A stretch of 64,000 nucleotides of DNA from an uncultured delta proteobacterium. GTDB lineage: Bacteria; Myxococcota; UBA727; VGSZ01. Positions 45,092-56,874 of the stretch are shown one piece after another. The translations under genes were made by a program, and so were the position numbers. Numbering within the stretch: the first letter of the stretch is position 1; every line of letters begins with the position of its first letter. The notes beneath the pieces were generated by a model. The model did not search any database, was not told where the DNA came from, and saw nothing but the letters and a program-made list of their open reading frames with translations. Location of the stretch: positions 128,001-192,000 of the forward strand of contig CAVZJB010000003.1 of NCBI GenBank assembly GCA_963775425.1, given 5' to 3'.

Positions 45092-47827
45092 TCAGGCGCG
45101 CTCGAGGTACATGGCCTCGTAGGGCGCGAGGCGGAGCTCGATGCGGTCGCCGTGGACGGCGAAGGGCACGTCGCGCTCCTTGCCGTCGATCTCGCCCTGC
45201 AGGAGGTCGTGCAGGCGGGTGACGCCGTCCCAGCCGAGCTTCTCTTCGACCTCGGCGCGCGGGAGCACCACGGTCTTGTCGTCGCCGGTGAGGTTGATGA
45301 GCTGGAGCAGCGGGGCGTCGTCGGTGTCGGCGGACGTGCGGGCGAAGGAGACGACGCCCGCGTCGGGGTTTTTCACCTCGACGACCCGGTTGCTGCGCAC
45401 GGACCCGTTGTTGTCCCAGAGCGCGTTGAGCGCGCGCACGGTGACCGCGGGCTTGTACCCGTCGCCGAGCGCCTTCTCGAACGCCGACAAGGGCACCGGG
45501 CCCCGGTCGAGGTCGCGCGTGTCGCGCGCCTTCTGCGGGTCGGGCGTCTCGCCCGCCGCCTTCTGCGCCGCCAGGCGATCCTTGGTCTTTTGCTCGAAGT
45601 ACCCGTAGTCGTTCTGCTCGCCGACGACGGTGCGGTAGTAGACCGCCGGGTGCCCCTTGCTGCTGTAGAGGAGCACGTGGGCCATGGCGAGCCGATCGGC
45701 GCTTCCGTCGAGGAGCGTGGCGGGCGCGTCGCCGACGCCGCGGCCGGCGAACTCGTGGAAGCCGCGCTGCACGAGCGCCCTTCGGAGCTCCGGGTCGCGG
45801 ATCAGCGTCTCGTCGTGGAGCCCGAGGTACACGAGCAGCGACTTGTGCGCCGGCAGCTCCCCGAGCGACGCCTGCTCCTCGACCCACGCGCTCTTGTCTT
45901 CCTTGAGGAGCGAGTCCCAGATGGCGCGGTGGACGTCGAAGCTGATGAGGGCGTCGCCGGCGGTGTTCTCGATCTTGCCGCCGAAGGTCTTCTCGGGCGC
46001 GAGCCAGTCCTTCCTGGCCTCGTCCCACGGCAGGTTGGCCTCGGGGAGGAACATGTTGCCCGGAGCGACGTGGGCGGCGAACGCCTTGGACAGCGCCATG
46101 AACGCCTGCGACTCGGGCAGGTTCATGTTGAACGTGCCCGGGCGCTTGCCCATGTGGATGATGGCGTCCATGCGCGTGCCCATCTGGCCCATGTTCGCGA
46201 ACTTGCCGATGGTGTGCAGGTAGTCCGCGAGCACGGCGGGGTCCTCGGCGTTCACGTCCCACTGAAACGGGTTCATGAACGACGCGAAGATGTTGTGCTC
46301 GCCGTCGCTGGACGCGGCCTTGATGAAGGTGTCGGGGTTGTTGTCCGGGAAGATCTGCCAGACGTGCGAGATCTTGCCGGCGTTTTCGCCCTTCATGTGC
46401 AGGAAGACGTTGAAGGTCTTTCCGTCGACGACGCGCTCGCCGATCTTCTGCGCGTCGTCCCACACGACGAAGCGGGAGAGCATGGAGGTGTCGCCCGCGA
46501 CGAGCGCCTTGGCCCACGCGTGCTCGTTGGAGACGTGGTTCGCGACGAGGTCGGCGGTGACGCGCATGCCGCGATCGACGGCGGCGCCCATGAAGCGCCC
46601 GTACGCCTCCGTTCCGCCGCGCGCGGGGTCGACCTCGGCGTGGTTGCTGATGTCGTAGCCGCCGTCTTTCTGCGGCGACTCGAAGAACGGCAGCAGCTCG
46701 ATCTCGCGGAAGCCGAAGCCCCGCGCCGCGTCGCCGTCGTGCTTGCCGGCGCCGGTGGCCTTCGCCCCGCGGACCATGGACGACAGCGGGGCGGCGGGGC
46801 CCTGGATGACGTCGAGGGCGTGGGCGAGATCGTCGAAGGTGGCCTCGCTCTTTCCGTCGGGGACGCCGATGAACTGCGCGTACCCGTAGAACACGGGCCC
46901 GAAGCGCGGCTGGGTGCGCAGCGCCTCGTGGAACTCTTTCACCTCGGCGGGCTGCGCCTCGAGCGTCTGGTAGACGGCCTTGAAGAACTCGACGATGAGC
47001 GCGTCGGCGTTCTTGGGCGAGAGCTTCTTGGCCTGCTCCACGACGTGCTCGTAGCGCGCGCGGCTCGTGTAGCCCTTGTCGACGAGCGCCGCCCACGGGT
47101 TGCGGGCGCGCGCCGTGTCGTTTGCGTCGCCGTAGACGGCGCGGGCGAGGGCGGCGGCCTCGACGTGGGCGTCGTAGGCGCCGCCCTCGAGGACCTGCGT
47201 GGCCTTCCGGTCGACGTCGGCCTTGTGCAGCCGTGCGCCGACGCCACCCGAGAGCGCGCCCTGGCGGATGACGCCGTCGCCGCCGGGGCGCCGGCGCGCC
47301 GTGCGCCGCGCCGGCGCTTCGAGGGCGGGCTCGAAGCTCTCGCCGCGCGCGACGCCGTCCATGAGCGCCTTCTTGAAGGCGTCGGAGGTCAGGCCGTCGC
47401 TGACCTTGCCCTTGGCGTCGATGCGCAGCGGCAGCAGGTAGCGCTCCTTGGTGCCGTCGTCGAAGCGCGCCTCGACGGTGACGAGGGCGTGGCGGACGCC
47501 GGGCTCCGACGACGTCAGCGCGTGCTCGTCGAGGACCGAGAGCGCTGCGGGGGCCTTGCCGTCGAGGCCGAGCCCCGGCCGTTGTTGCAGGTGCTGCGCG
47601 AGGGACGTGAGGTCGACGGAGGTCTGCGGCGTCCGCCGCGCCTGCGGCTTGTTGGCGACGAAGGTCGCGGCCTTGTGCTCCGCGATCTTGTCGCCGCCGT
47701 CGAGCCCCGGGGCCGCCCCGGCGTTCACGTCCTGCGTCTTGCGCGTGCGCTTCCCGCTCAGCCCCGAGGTCTTGCGCTCGGACTGGAGCAGGGGCTGCCG
47801 GCGGTGCGGGGTGAGCGCCTTGGGCAT
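45092..47827 (-). CDS. GH13 TreS/amylosucrase-like enzyme with N-terminal maltokinase-cap-like region
   Basis: DGGYDIS, DLVANHVS, RMDA (nucleophile), PEAN (acid/base), HDE. Start uncertain (47827-47842). Confidence 0.8.
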   Translation of the reverse strand: MPKALTPHRRQPLLQSERKTSGLSGKRTRKTQDVNAGAAPGLDGGDKIAEHKAATFVANKPQARRTPQTSVDLTSLAQHLQQRPGLGLDGKAPAALSVLDEHALTSSEPGVRHALVTVEARFDDGTKERYLLPLRIDAKGKVSDGLTSDAFKKALMDGVARGESFEPALEAPARRTARRRPGGDGVIRQGALSGGVGARLHKADVDRKATQVLEGGAYDAHVEAAALARAVYGDANDTARARNPWAALVDKGYTSRARYEHVVEQAKKLSPKNADALIVEFFKAVYQTLEAQPAEVKEFHEALRTQPRFGPVFYGYAQFIGVPDGKSEATFDDLAHALDVIQGPAAPLSSMVRGAKATGAGKHDGDAARGFGFREIELLPFFESPQKDGGYDISNHAEVDPARGGTEAYGRFMGAAVDRGMRVTADLVANHVSNEHAWAKALVAGDTSMLSRFVVWDDAQKIGERVVDGKTFNVFLHMKGENAGKISHVWQIFPDNNPDTFIKAASSDGEHNIFASFMNPFQWDVNAEDPAVLADYLHTIGKFANMGQMGTRMDAIIHMGKRPGTFNMNLPESQAFMALSKAFAAHVAPGNMFLPEANLPWDEARKDWLAPEKTFGGKIENTAGDALISFDVHRAIWDSLLKEDKSAWVEEQASLGELPAHKSLLVYLGLHDETLIRDPELRRALVQRGFHEFAGRGVGDAPATLLDGSADRLAMAHVLLYSSKGHPAVYYRTVVGEQNDYGYFEQKTKDRLAAQKAAGETPDPQKARDTRDLDRGPVPLSAFEKALGDGYKPAVTVRALNALWDNNGSVRSNRVVEVKNPDAGVVSFARTSADTDDAPLLQLINLTGDDKTVVLPRAEVEEKLGWDGVTRLHDLLQGEIDGKERDVPFAVHGDRIELRLAPYEAMYLERA

Positions 47828-47951
47828 GTCTGCGGCCATCATAGGCCAGCAGGACGCGGGAACCTCCCCCTGTTGTCCGAGGCGTGCGCGCTGCACAGCC
47901 GCGCTGCCCATCGTCGACCGAACGCGCTAAGCGGCCCGCAAGGAGCCCCCG

Positions 47952-48539
47952 ATGACCCGCCGCGCTTTGTCCGCACTCCTGCCGATCTCCTTGCTGGCCC
48001 CCCTCTGCCTCGCGTCGTCGTCATGCTCGACGCCGGCGAAGGGCGCCGCCTCCGTGGCCCACGCCGCCGCCGGCGCGGCTGACGACGTCGAGGTGCCGTG
48101 GAAGGACGGCCCCATGGCGTTCGACGACGTGCCCGAGAAGCTGCGCGGCCGGTACATGAAGGAGATCGTGCTGCCCGCCATGAAGCCGATCTTCCAGAAG
48201 ATCGACGCCGAGAAGTTCCAGAAGTTCGGCTGCGCCGCGTGCCACGGCAAGGACGCGCGCGAGCGGCACTTCAAGATGCCGAACCCGAGCCTGCCCAAGC
48301 TGTCGATGTCTACGCACTTCGACAAGGACAAGGCCGCGCACCCGGAGACCTTCGACGCCATGGTGCACGAGGTGGAGCCGGAGATGGCCCGCCTCCTCGG
48401 CGAAAAGCCGTTCGACCCGGCGACGGGCAAGGGCTTCGGCTGCCTCGAATGCCACATGAGCGCCGACGAGCCCGCGGCTCCCGCTCCCGCTCCCGCGGCG
48501 CCCGCTCCCGCGGCGCCCGCGCCCGCCGCTGCGCCCTGA
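47952..48539 (+). CDS. Diheme c-type cytochrome lipoprotein
   Basis: AAGGAG RBS; lipobox-like ASSSC; CAACH and CLECH; Pro/Ala tail. Confidence 0.8.
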   Translation: MTRRALSALLPISLLAPLCLASSSCSTPAKGAASVAHAAAGAADDVEVPWKDGPMAFDDVPEKLRGRYMKEIVLPAMKPIFQKIDAEKFQKFGCAACHGKDARERHFKMPNPSLPKLSMSTHFDKDKAAHPETFDAMVHEVEPEMARLLGEKPFDPATGKGFGCLECHMSADEPAAPAPAPAAPAPAAPAPAAAP

Positions 48540-48708
48540 GCGCGCTCAGCGCCCGGCGGTGACGACGGCGTCCTCGACGCACCCCGCGGCCCCTCGGCTG
48601 CACGTGCGGCGGTGGCGTCCTGGCGCGCGCGCGCGCGTCCTCGAGGGCGCTGTCGATCGCGGGCGCAGCGTGGCGCGCGGCGGCGTTGACGACGCTCGGC
48701 GCCCGGGG

Positions 48709-50781
<2,073 letters not shown>

Positions 50782-50858
50782 ATCCCCCCGGTGTAACGCC
50801 GACGGCCGGGTGGCGGCAACCGAGCGTCGACTTCCGGCTGTGTGCTAACAGGTCGGCG

Positions 50859-51959
50859 ATGCCCGCACTGCTCCTCGGCGCCCTGCTCGTCACCGCGGCC
50901 CCCGCGCCGCCGCCGCCGCAGTCGCCGGCGCCGGCCGCTACGCCCCCCGCCGCCGACGGCGGCAGCCGCATCGTGCGGCGCTCCCGGCCGCTGTACGGAA
51001 CGGTGGTCGAGATCGTCGCCTGGGGCGCCATCCCCGACGCGCGCGGGGCCGCCGGCAGGAACGCCGGCGCCGCCGCCTTCGACGCCGCCTTCGACGAGAT
51101 CGCCCGCGTCGACGCCGCCCTCGACGAGGGCGACCCGCGCTCCGCCGTCGCCCGCATCAACGCGGGCGCCGGCCACGAGACCGTGGTCGTCGACCCCGAG
51201 GTGTTCTTCGTCCTGTCCGAGCTGCAGCGGCTCGCCAAGCTCACCAAGGGCGCCTTCGACGTCACGGCGGCGGTCTACGACGAGGCCTGGCACTTCGAGG
51301 GCGGCGGCCACCCCGGCGCGGACGACGAGTCGGCGGGGCGCCCGGTGCCGGACAAGGTGGTCATCGACAAGGCGCGCAAGCTCGTGGGGTACGACGACCT
51401 CGTCCTCGACCCGGCGGCGCGCACGGCGCGCTTGAGCACGGCAGGCGCACGGCTCGGTGTCCACGACGTCGCCCGCGGGTACGCCCTCGAGCGGGCCGCC
51501 GCGGTCCTCGAGGAGCACGGCCTGCACGACTTCATCGTGTCCGCCGCCGGCGACCTCGTCGTGCGCGGCGACAAGGGCGGCCGGCCCTGGATGGTCGGGG
51601 TGCAGGACCCGCGTGCCTCGGGCCACTTCGCGGCGTTCCCCACGGGCGCCGGCGCGGTGATGACCACCGCCGACGACGAGCAGTTCTTCTTCGACGGCGG
51701 CGTCCGCTACCACAACGTCATCGACCCGCGCACCGGCCGCCCGGCCACCAAGTGCCGCAGCGTGACCATCGTTGCGAAGGACGCGCTCACGTCGGAGGCG
51801 CTGTCGCGGGCGGTGTTCGTCCTCGGCGCGCGCGACGGCATGGTCCTCGTGGACCGCCTCGGCGACGACACCGTGATCGTCACCAGCGACAACAAGGTCG
51901 TCGTCTCCCGCGGCCTGCGCGACGTCATCCAGCAACGCCCGCCGACCGACGGGCCGTAA
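50859..51959 (+). CDS. apbE: ApbE-family FAD:protein FMN transferase (divergent)
   Basis: YGTVVEI, SAVARIN, GAFDVT, RGYA, W.VGVQDPR, IDPRTG. Confidence 0.85.
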   Translation: MPALLLGALLVTAAPAPPPPQSPAPAATPPAADGGSRIVRRSRPLYGTVVEIVAWGAIPDARGAAGRNAGAAAFDAAFDEIARVDAALDEGDPRSAVARINAGAGHETVVVDPEVFFVLSELQRLAKLTKGAFDVTAAVYDEAWHFEGGGHPGADDESAGRPVPDKVVIDKARKLVGYDDLVLDPAARTARLSTAGARLGVHDVARGYALERAAAVLEEHGLHDFIVSAAGDLVVRGDKGGRPWMVGVQDPRASGHFAAFPTGAGAVMTTADDEQFFFDGGVRYHNVIDPRTGRPATKCRSVTIVAKDALTSEALSRAVFVLGARDGMVLVDRLGDDTVIVTSDNKVVVSRGLRDVIQQRPPTDGP

Positions 51960-52053
51960 CTGTGACGCCGCCTGTCGGCGGGGTGCCGGGCGACTTCGGT
52001 GGCTGCCTCCGCCGCGCGGCGCGGGGGCGTCGTCAGCCCGCCCTCGGCGTCGG

Positions 52054-52581
52054 CTACGCCGCAGAATCGACGTCACGCGGCGCGTCGATGCCCCAGAGGC
52101 CGCAGGAGAAGCCGCGGACCTCGCGGTGCTCGAGGAAGCGCTCGCCGATGGCCTCGGCCACCTTGATGGAGGCGTGGTTCTCGACGTGGATGACGCTGAC
52201 GATGCGCTCGACCTCGAGCCGCTCGAACCCCCAGCGCACCGCCGCCGCCGCCGCCTCCTTGGCGAAGCCGCGGCGCCGCTGCTCCGGCGCGATGAGCCAA
52301 CCGACCTCGACGCCGGGCCAGCCCTCCGGGTTCCACAGGCCGACGCGGCCCACGAGCGCGCCGCTCGCCTCCTCGACGACGCCCCACAGGCCGTAGCTGC
52401 GCAGCTGCCAGTGGCCGAGCATCGTCGCCAGCGAGCGCCACGCGTCCTCGCGGGACAGGGGCTGGCCGCCGATGTAGCGGGCGGTGTCCTCGTCGGCGAG
52501 CCAGCGGGCGTACACCTCGAAGTCGGCCTCGCTGAGACCGCGCAACAAGAGCCGCTCGGTGTGGACGACCGGGATGTCCAT
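52054..52581 (-). CDS. GNAT (RimJ/RimL-like) acetyltransferase
   Basis: TERLLLR, GHWQLRSYGLW, EVGW, RRGFAKEA, N.AS..VAE.IG. Confidence 0.9.
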   Translation of the reverse strand: MDIPVVHTERLLLRGLSEADFEVYARWLADEDTARYIGGQPLSREDAWRSLATMLGHWQLRSYGLWGVVEEASGALVGRVGLWNPEGWPGVEVGWLIAPEQRRRGFAKEAAAAAVRWGFERLEVERIVSVIHVENHASIKVAEAIGERFLEHREVRGFSCGLWGIDAPRDVDSAA

Positions 52582-52648
52582 GCCGGTCACGCTACCCCAT
52601 CCCCGTGTGCGCGTTGACGCGGGCGGGCGGGCGAAAGCGCGCTTCGCC

Positions 52649-53713
52649 TCAGCCGCCTCGCTTGCGTTTGCTCCAGAACTGCACCTGCCACTTCTGCACC
52701 GCGGCGTTGTGGCACTCGAGCGTCGGGCAGAACTGGTGCTCGCCGGAGTCGCCCTTGGCGACGAAATAGAGATCATTGCTCCCCTTGAGCGGCCACAGCG
52801 CGGCCTTGATGGCCTCGAGCCCCGGCTGGGCGATGGGGCCGGGCGGCAGGCCGGGGATGACGTAGGTGTTGTAGGGGTGGTCCCGCAGGAGGTCCGATTT
52901 GCGGATGTTCCCGTCGTAGTTGGGGATGCCGTAGATGACCGTGGGATCGGTCTGCAGCTTCATCCCGCGCTCGAGGCGGTTGTGGAACACGGCCGAGATG
53001 CGCGGCCGCTCCGACTTCTGCCCGGTCTCCTTCTCGACGATGGCGGCGAGCGTCAGCGTCTTGTGGAGGTCCCAGCCAATCTCCTTCATGCGCGCCTTCA
53101 TCTTGTCGTCGATGACGTCGTCGAGGCGGGCGCGCATGCGCCGGAGGATCTTCTCGGGGCTCGTGCCCTTGGGGAACTGGTAGGTGTCCGGGAAGAGATA
53201 GCCGTCGACGCCCCCGGGGACCCCGCTCGGCACGCCGAAGTCGCGGATGAGCCTGGGATCGTTCATCACCTGGATGATGGCGTCCTTGTCGCCGAAGCCG
53301 GCGCCGGCGATGACGGCGGCGACCTCCTCCTTGCGCAGCCCCTCGGGGACCGTGAAGCGCACCTCGGGCGGGATGCCCTTCTCGAGGACGGCGACGATCT
53401 CCTCGGGGCTCATCCCGGGCGCGAGCTCGTACTCGCCGGCCTTCAGCGCCGCCTGCTTCTTGGCGATGTAGCGCAGCCAGCGCTGAAACAGCTTGGCGTC
53501 GCCGATGACGCCTTTGTCCTCGAGGATCTGCGCGATCTTCTGCGGGCCCGCTCCCTTGGGGATGGTCACGCTGACCGTCTGTCCCTTGCCCCCGAAGGTG
53601 GCGGAGCCGAACGCGATGAGCGTCCCGCGGTAGCTGTAGAGCGCGCCCCCGGCGGCGAGGCCGCCGACCACGACGAGGGCCGTCCCCAATGCGGCGACCT
53701 TGGCGAGCTTCAT
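52649..53713 (-). CDS. mltG: Endolytic transglycosylase MltG
   Basis: LKAGEY, GYLFPDTY, AAIVEKET, VFHNRL, LQTDPT, PYNTY..GLPPGPI; GGAGG RBS. Confidence 0.95.
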   Translation of the reverse strand: MKLAKVAALGTALVVVGGLAAGGALYSYRGTLIAFGSATFGGKGQTVSVTIPKGAGPQKIAQILEDKGVIGDAKLFQRWLRYIAKKQAALKAGEYELAPGMSPEEIVAVLEKGIPPEVRFTVPEGLRKEEVAAVIAGAGFGDKDAIIQVMNDPRLIRDFGVPSGVPGGVDGYLFPDTYQFPKGTSPEKILRRMRARLDDVIDDKMKARMKEIGWDLHKTLTLAAIVEKETGQKSERPRISAVFHNRLERGMKLQTDPTVIYGIPNYDGNIRKSDLLRDHPYNTYVIPGLPPGPIAQPGLEAIKAALWPLKGSNDLYFVAKGDSGEHQFCPTLECHNAAVQKWQVQFWSKRKRGG

Positions 53714-53728
53714 GCACATCCTCCGCCG

Positions 53729-55030
53729 GTGACGCTTACCACGGAACAAGCGCTGATGGCCTCGCTGGGCGTGTCTCTCGGCGTCGGCCTGCTCGTGGGC
53801 ATCGAGCGTCAGCGTGCGATCTCCGCCAAGGACGGCAAGGAGACGCTGCTGGGGGGCGTTCGCACCTTCCCGTTGATCGCGCTGTCGGGCAGCGCCGCGG
53901 TGATCCTCGGCGCGAGCGCGCCGTGGGCGCCGGCGGTCGCGCTCCTCGGTCTGGTGGTGTTGATGGCGGTGCACCGCATGGGTCTGAACCCCGCCGATCG
54001 CGAGGGCGGTCTCACGACGGAGACGGCGGCCCTCGTCACGTTCCTCCTCGGGGCGCTGGCGGTGTCGGCGCACGCCATCGCCGACCTCGCCCAACGCCTG
54101 CTCACGTGCGCGGCGCTCGCGGTGGTGGTGACGCTCCTGCTGTCGGGCAAGCCCCGCCTCCACGCCGTGGCGCGCCGGATCTCCGACGAGGACATCCTGG
54201 CCACCGGACAGATCCTCGTCGTGGCCGTGGTGGCGCTGCCGCTGCTGCCCAACCAGAGCTACGGCCCGTTCGGCGGCGTCAACCCCTTCACCGTCGGCAA
54301 GATGATCCTGCTCGTCGGCTTCGTGAGCTTCGTCGGCTACGGCGCGAGCCGGCTCCTCGGCAGCGGCCGCGGCCTCCCCGTGGCGGGCTTCGTCGGCGGG
54401 CTGGTGTCGTCGACGGCGGTGACGTTTTCGATGTCGCGGCGGGCGCGCGAGGATCCGCGCATCTCGGGCTCATGCACGGTGGCGGTGGTGGCGGCGTCGG
54501 CGATGATGTTCGCGCGCGTCGTCATCGTGGTGGCCGTGGTCTACCCGCCGCTCGCCCTGCGCCTGCTCGTCCCGATGTTCGCGGCGACCGCGACGGGGGC
54601 CGTCGCGCTGTTCACGCTGTGGCGGCGGGCGCGCTCGGAGGAGGCGGCGGTGGGCAAGGTGGAGCTCGCGAACCCCTTCGAGCTCAAAAGCGCGATCATC
54701 TTCGGCGTGCTCTTCGCCGTGATCACCTTCGGGGCGCACGCGGTGCGGGCCACCCTCGGCGATCGTGTCCTGCCCCTCGCGGGGCTCATCGCCGGCATGC
54801 CGGACGTCGACGCCATCACCCTGTCGACGTCGGGCCTCGCGCAAAACGGCCTGTCGTTGACCATCGCGTCGGTGACCATCCTCGCGGCGTGCTTCTCGAA
54901 CACGGCGGTGAAGGCGGGCATCGCCGCGGTGACCGGCGGCGGCCGCTTCGGCCTGCGCATCGGCCTCGTGTTCCTGGCGATGGCCGCGGTCGGCGGTCTC
55001 GCGGCGGCGGCGCAGGCGTTCTTCTTCTAG
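53729..55030 (+). CDS. MgtC/SapB + DUF4010 membrane protein
   Basis: GLLVGIERQ, GVRTF, GLTTE, GGLVSSTAVT, NPFEL, DVDAIT. Start at 53729 (GTG) or 53756 (ATG). Confidence 0.9.
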   Translation: MTLTTEQALMASLGVSLGVGLLVGIERQRAISAKDGKETLLGGVRTFPLIALSGSAAVILGASAPWAPAVALLGLVVLMAVHRMGLNPADREGGLTTETAALVTFLLGALAVSAHAIADLAQRLLTCAALAVVVTLLLSGKPRLHAVARRISDEDILATGQILVVAVVALPLLPNQSYGPFGGVNPFTVGKMILLVGFVSFVGYGASRLLGSGRGLPVAGFVGGLVSSTAVTFSMSRRAREDPRISGSCTVAVVAASAMMFARVVIVVAVVYPPLALRLLVPMFAATATGAVALFTLWRRARSEEAAVGKVELANPFELKSAIIFGVLFAVITFGAHAVRATLGDRVLPLAGLIAGMPDVDAITLSTSGLAQNGLSLTIASVTILAACFSNTAVKAGIAAVTGGGRFGLRIGLVFLAMAAVGGLAAAAQAFFF

Positions 55031-55037
55031 CTCGGGC

Positions 55038-55478
55038 TCACGCGCCGCGCGACGCAACCCAATCCAGGACGAGGCCGCGGGCGACCTCGGCGTCGAGCGC
55101 GGCCTTGCGCTTGTGCTTCGGGACGCCGGACTCGACGAGGCGCGCGGCCGCGTGCCGGCTCGAGTGTGCCTCGTCGACGAGGTGGACGCGCACGGGCTCG
55201 TGGCCCGCGCCGGCGTCGAGCGCTCCCTGGAGGGCCTCGGCGAAGCCCCGTGCGCGACGGGCCATGGGGCCCTCGTCGCCGGTCCGGGGCAGGGCGGGCA
55301 GGCCCACGACGACGTCTGTGACGCCCTCGCTCCGACACAGCGTCACGAGGAAGGCGACGTCCTGGGCGCGGCTGCCGGGTGTGAGGTTCGGCAGCGCGCG
55401 CGCCGTGATGCCGAGCTCGTCCGAGACGGCGAGGCCGGTCCGTTTGAGGCCGAGATCCACGCCGAGCACGCGTCCCAT
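55038..55478 (-). CDS. ruvX: RuvX/YqgF pre-16S rRNA nuclease
   Basis: VLGVDLG.KRTGLAVSD, VVGLP, VDE..SS. Confidence 0.9.
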   Translation of the reverse strand: MGRVLGVDLGLKRTGLAVSDELGITARALPNLTPGSRAQDVAFLVTLCRSEGVTDVVVGLPALPRTGDEGPMARRARGFAEALQGALDAGAGHEPVRVHLVDEAHSSRHAAARLVESGVPKHKRKAALDAEVARGLVLDWVASRGA

Positions 55479-55538
55479 GGCCCTAGAGTAGCGGCCGCGT
55501 GCGCGACGTCACCGGGCGTCTTTGCCGGCCGCGTTTGA

Positions 55539-56801
55539 TCAGCTCGCGTCCTTGCCGGTGGCCTTCGAGTGGGCGACGGCGTCGCCGGGGGAGTCGAGGT
55601 CGGCGGTGGCGGCGGACTCTTCCATCAGCTTCTGTTTGATGCGCGCGAGCGACGCCCGGGTCTTCTGCGCCCACTCGCTCTCGGCGCCGGTCCGCGTGAC
55701 CATGTCGGCGTTGCTCGTCCAGGTCTTTTCGGCCTTGGCGAGCAGGATGAGGACCTTCTTGCGCACCATCTTCTGGTAGAGCGCGGCCGCCTCCGGCCCG
55801 AGGTCCGGCGGGGCGGGCAGGCCGATCAGGTCGTCGTGCAGCTCCTCGTACATCTGGCCCACGTTGAACCCGGCCGCGCTCGCCCACCCGGCGTGGCCCT
55901 CGCGGATGGTGCGCAGGTACGCGTACTGCGCGCGCAGCAACAACTGGCACTTCTGCTCGAGCTGATCACCGAGGAGCTTCTCGAGGACGTTCGACGGGGG
56001 CTCGCCCTTGGGGGCGGCCTTGGCCGCGGCCGCGGTGGCGGCGGCGAGCTCCGCGGGCGTCGGGAACTTGAGCTCGTACTCGGAGAACTCGAGGCGGGCG
56101 AGCTCGGCCAGATAGAACGCCGCCTGCGCGGTGAAGTACCCGACGTTCAACCGGGCGCGCTCGCTCGCCTGGCGGTAGAGGCGGCGCGCCTCGAGGAAGC
56201 GGTACTCCGCCGTCGGCCGGTGCGAACCGTCCGGGTCGTGCAGGCCGAGCATGTAGTGGCCGACGCCGGCGTCGACGAGGGCGATGATGCGGTCCTCGAC
56301 CTCGAGGTCCTCGCCGAGCAGGGTGTCGAACGTGTCGACGACCTCGTCGTAGCGCTTGGCGGTGGCGAGGGCCTCGCCGCGCTTGAAGCGCCCGTCGAGC
56401 TTGTCCTTGTCCGACGCCGTCGCCGGCAGCATCGCGAGGTACTTGTCGAAGGCGGCGACGGCCTCCTCGCCGCGCTCGAGGTGGATGTACGCGACGCCGA
56501 CGTTGTACCAGGCGAGGATGACGTGGCCGTCGTCGGGGAACTCGCGGATGAGGCGCTCGAAGTAGAGCGCGGCGTCCGCGTAGTCGTCGCCGTCCATGAA
56601 GTCGAACGCGCGCGCGAACAGGGTGGCGGCGTCGTAGGCGTCGAGGCCGTCGGGGCCGATGGGCTGCGCGACGACGTGCATCTCGGGTGCCTTCACGGCC
56701 TGGACGGGCTTCGTGGTGGCGCAGCCGCCGAGCGCTACGACCGCGGATGCGGCCACGGTGACGGCGAGGGCGGCCCGAGGGGGGCGGGCGGGGGAGCGCA
56801 T
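55539..56801 (-). CDS. TPR lipoprotein (BamD/YfiO-like N-terminus)
   Basis: Lipobox LGGC; TPR helices (F..LIREFP, AWYNVG). Confidence 0.8.
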   Translation of the reverse strand: MRSPARPPRAALAVTVAASAVVALGGCATTKPVQAVKAPEMHVVAQPIGPDGLDAYDAATLFARAFDFMDGDDYADAALYFERLIREFPDDGHVILAWYNVGVAYIHLERGEEAVAAFDKYLAMLPATASDKDKLDGRFKRGEALATAKRYDEVVDTFDTLLGEDLEVEDRIIALVDAGVGHYMLGLHDPDGSHRPTAEYRFLEARRLYRQASERARLNVGYFTAQAAFYLAELARLEFSEYELKFPTPAELAAATAAAAKAAPKGEPPSNVLEKLLGDQLEQKCQLLLRAQYAYLRTIREGHAGWASAAGFNVGQMYEELHDDLIGLPAPPDLGPEAAALYQKMVRKKVLILLAKAEKTWTSNADMVTRTGAESEWAQKTRASLARIKQKLMEESAATADLDSPGDAVAHSKATGKDAS

Positions 56802-56874
56802 GGACGTGGGACAAGCATAGTGCGCTGACGGTTCCCGCGCCTGCCCGGCGCCGAGGCCGTCCGCCCGGAGGCGC

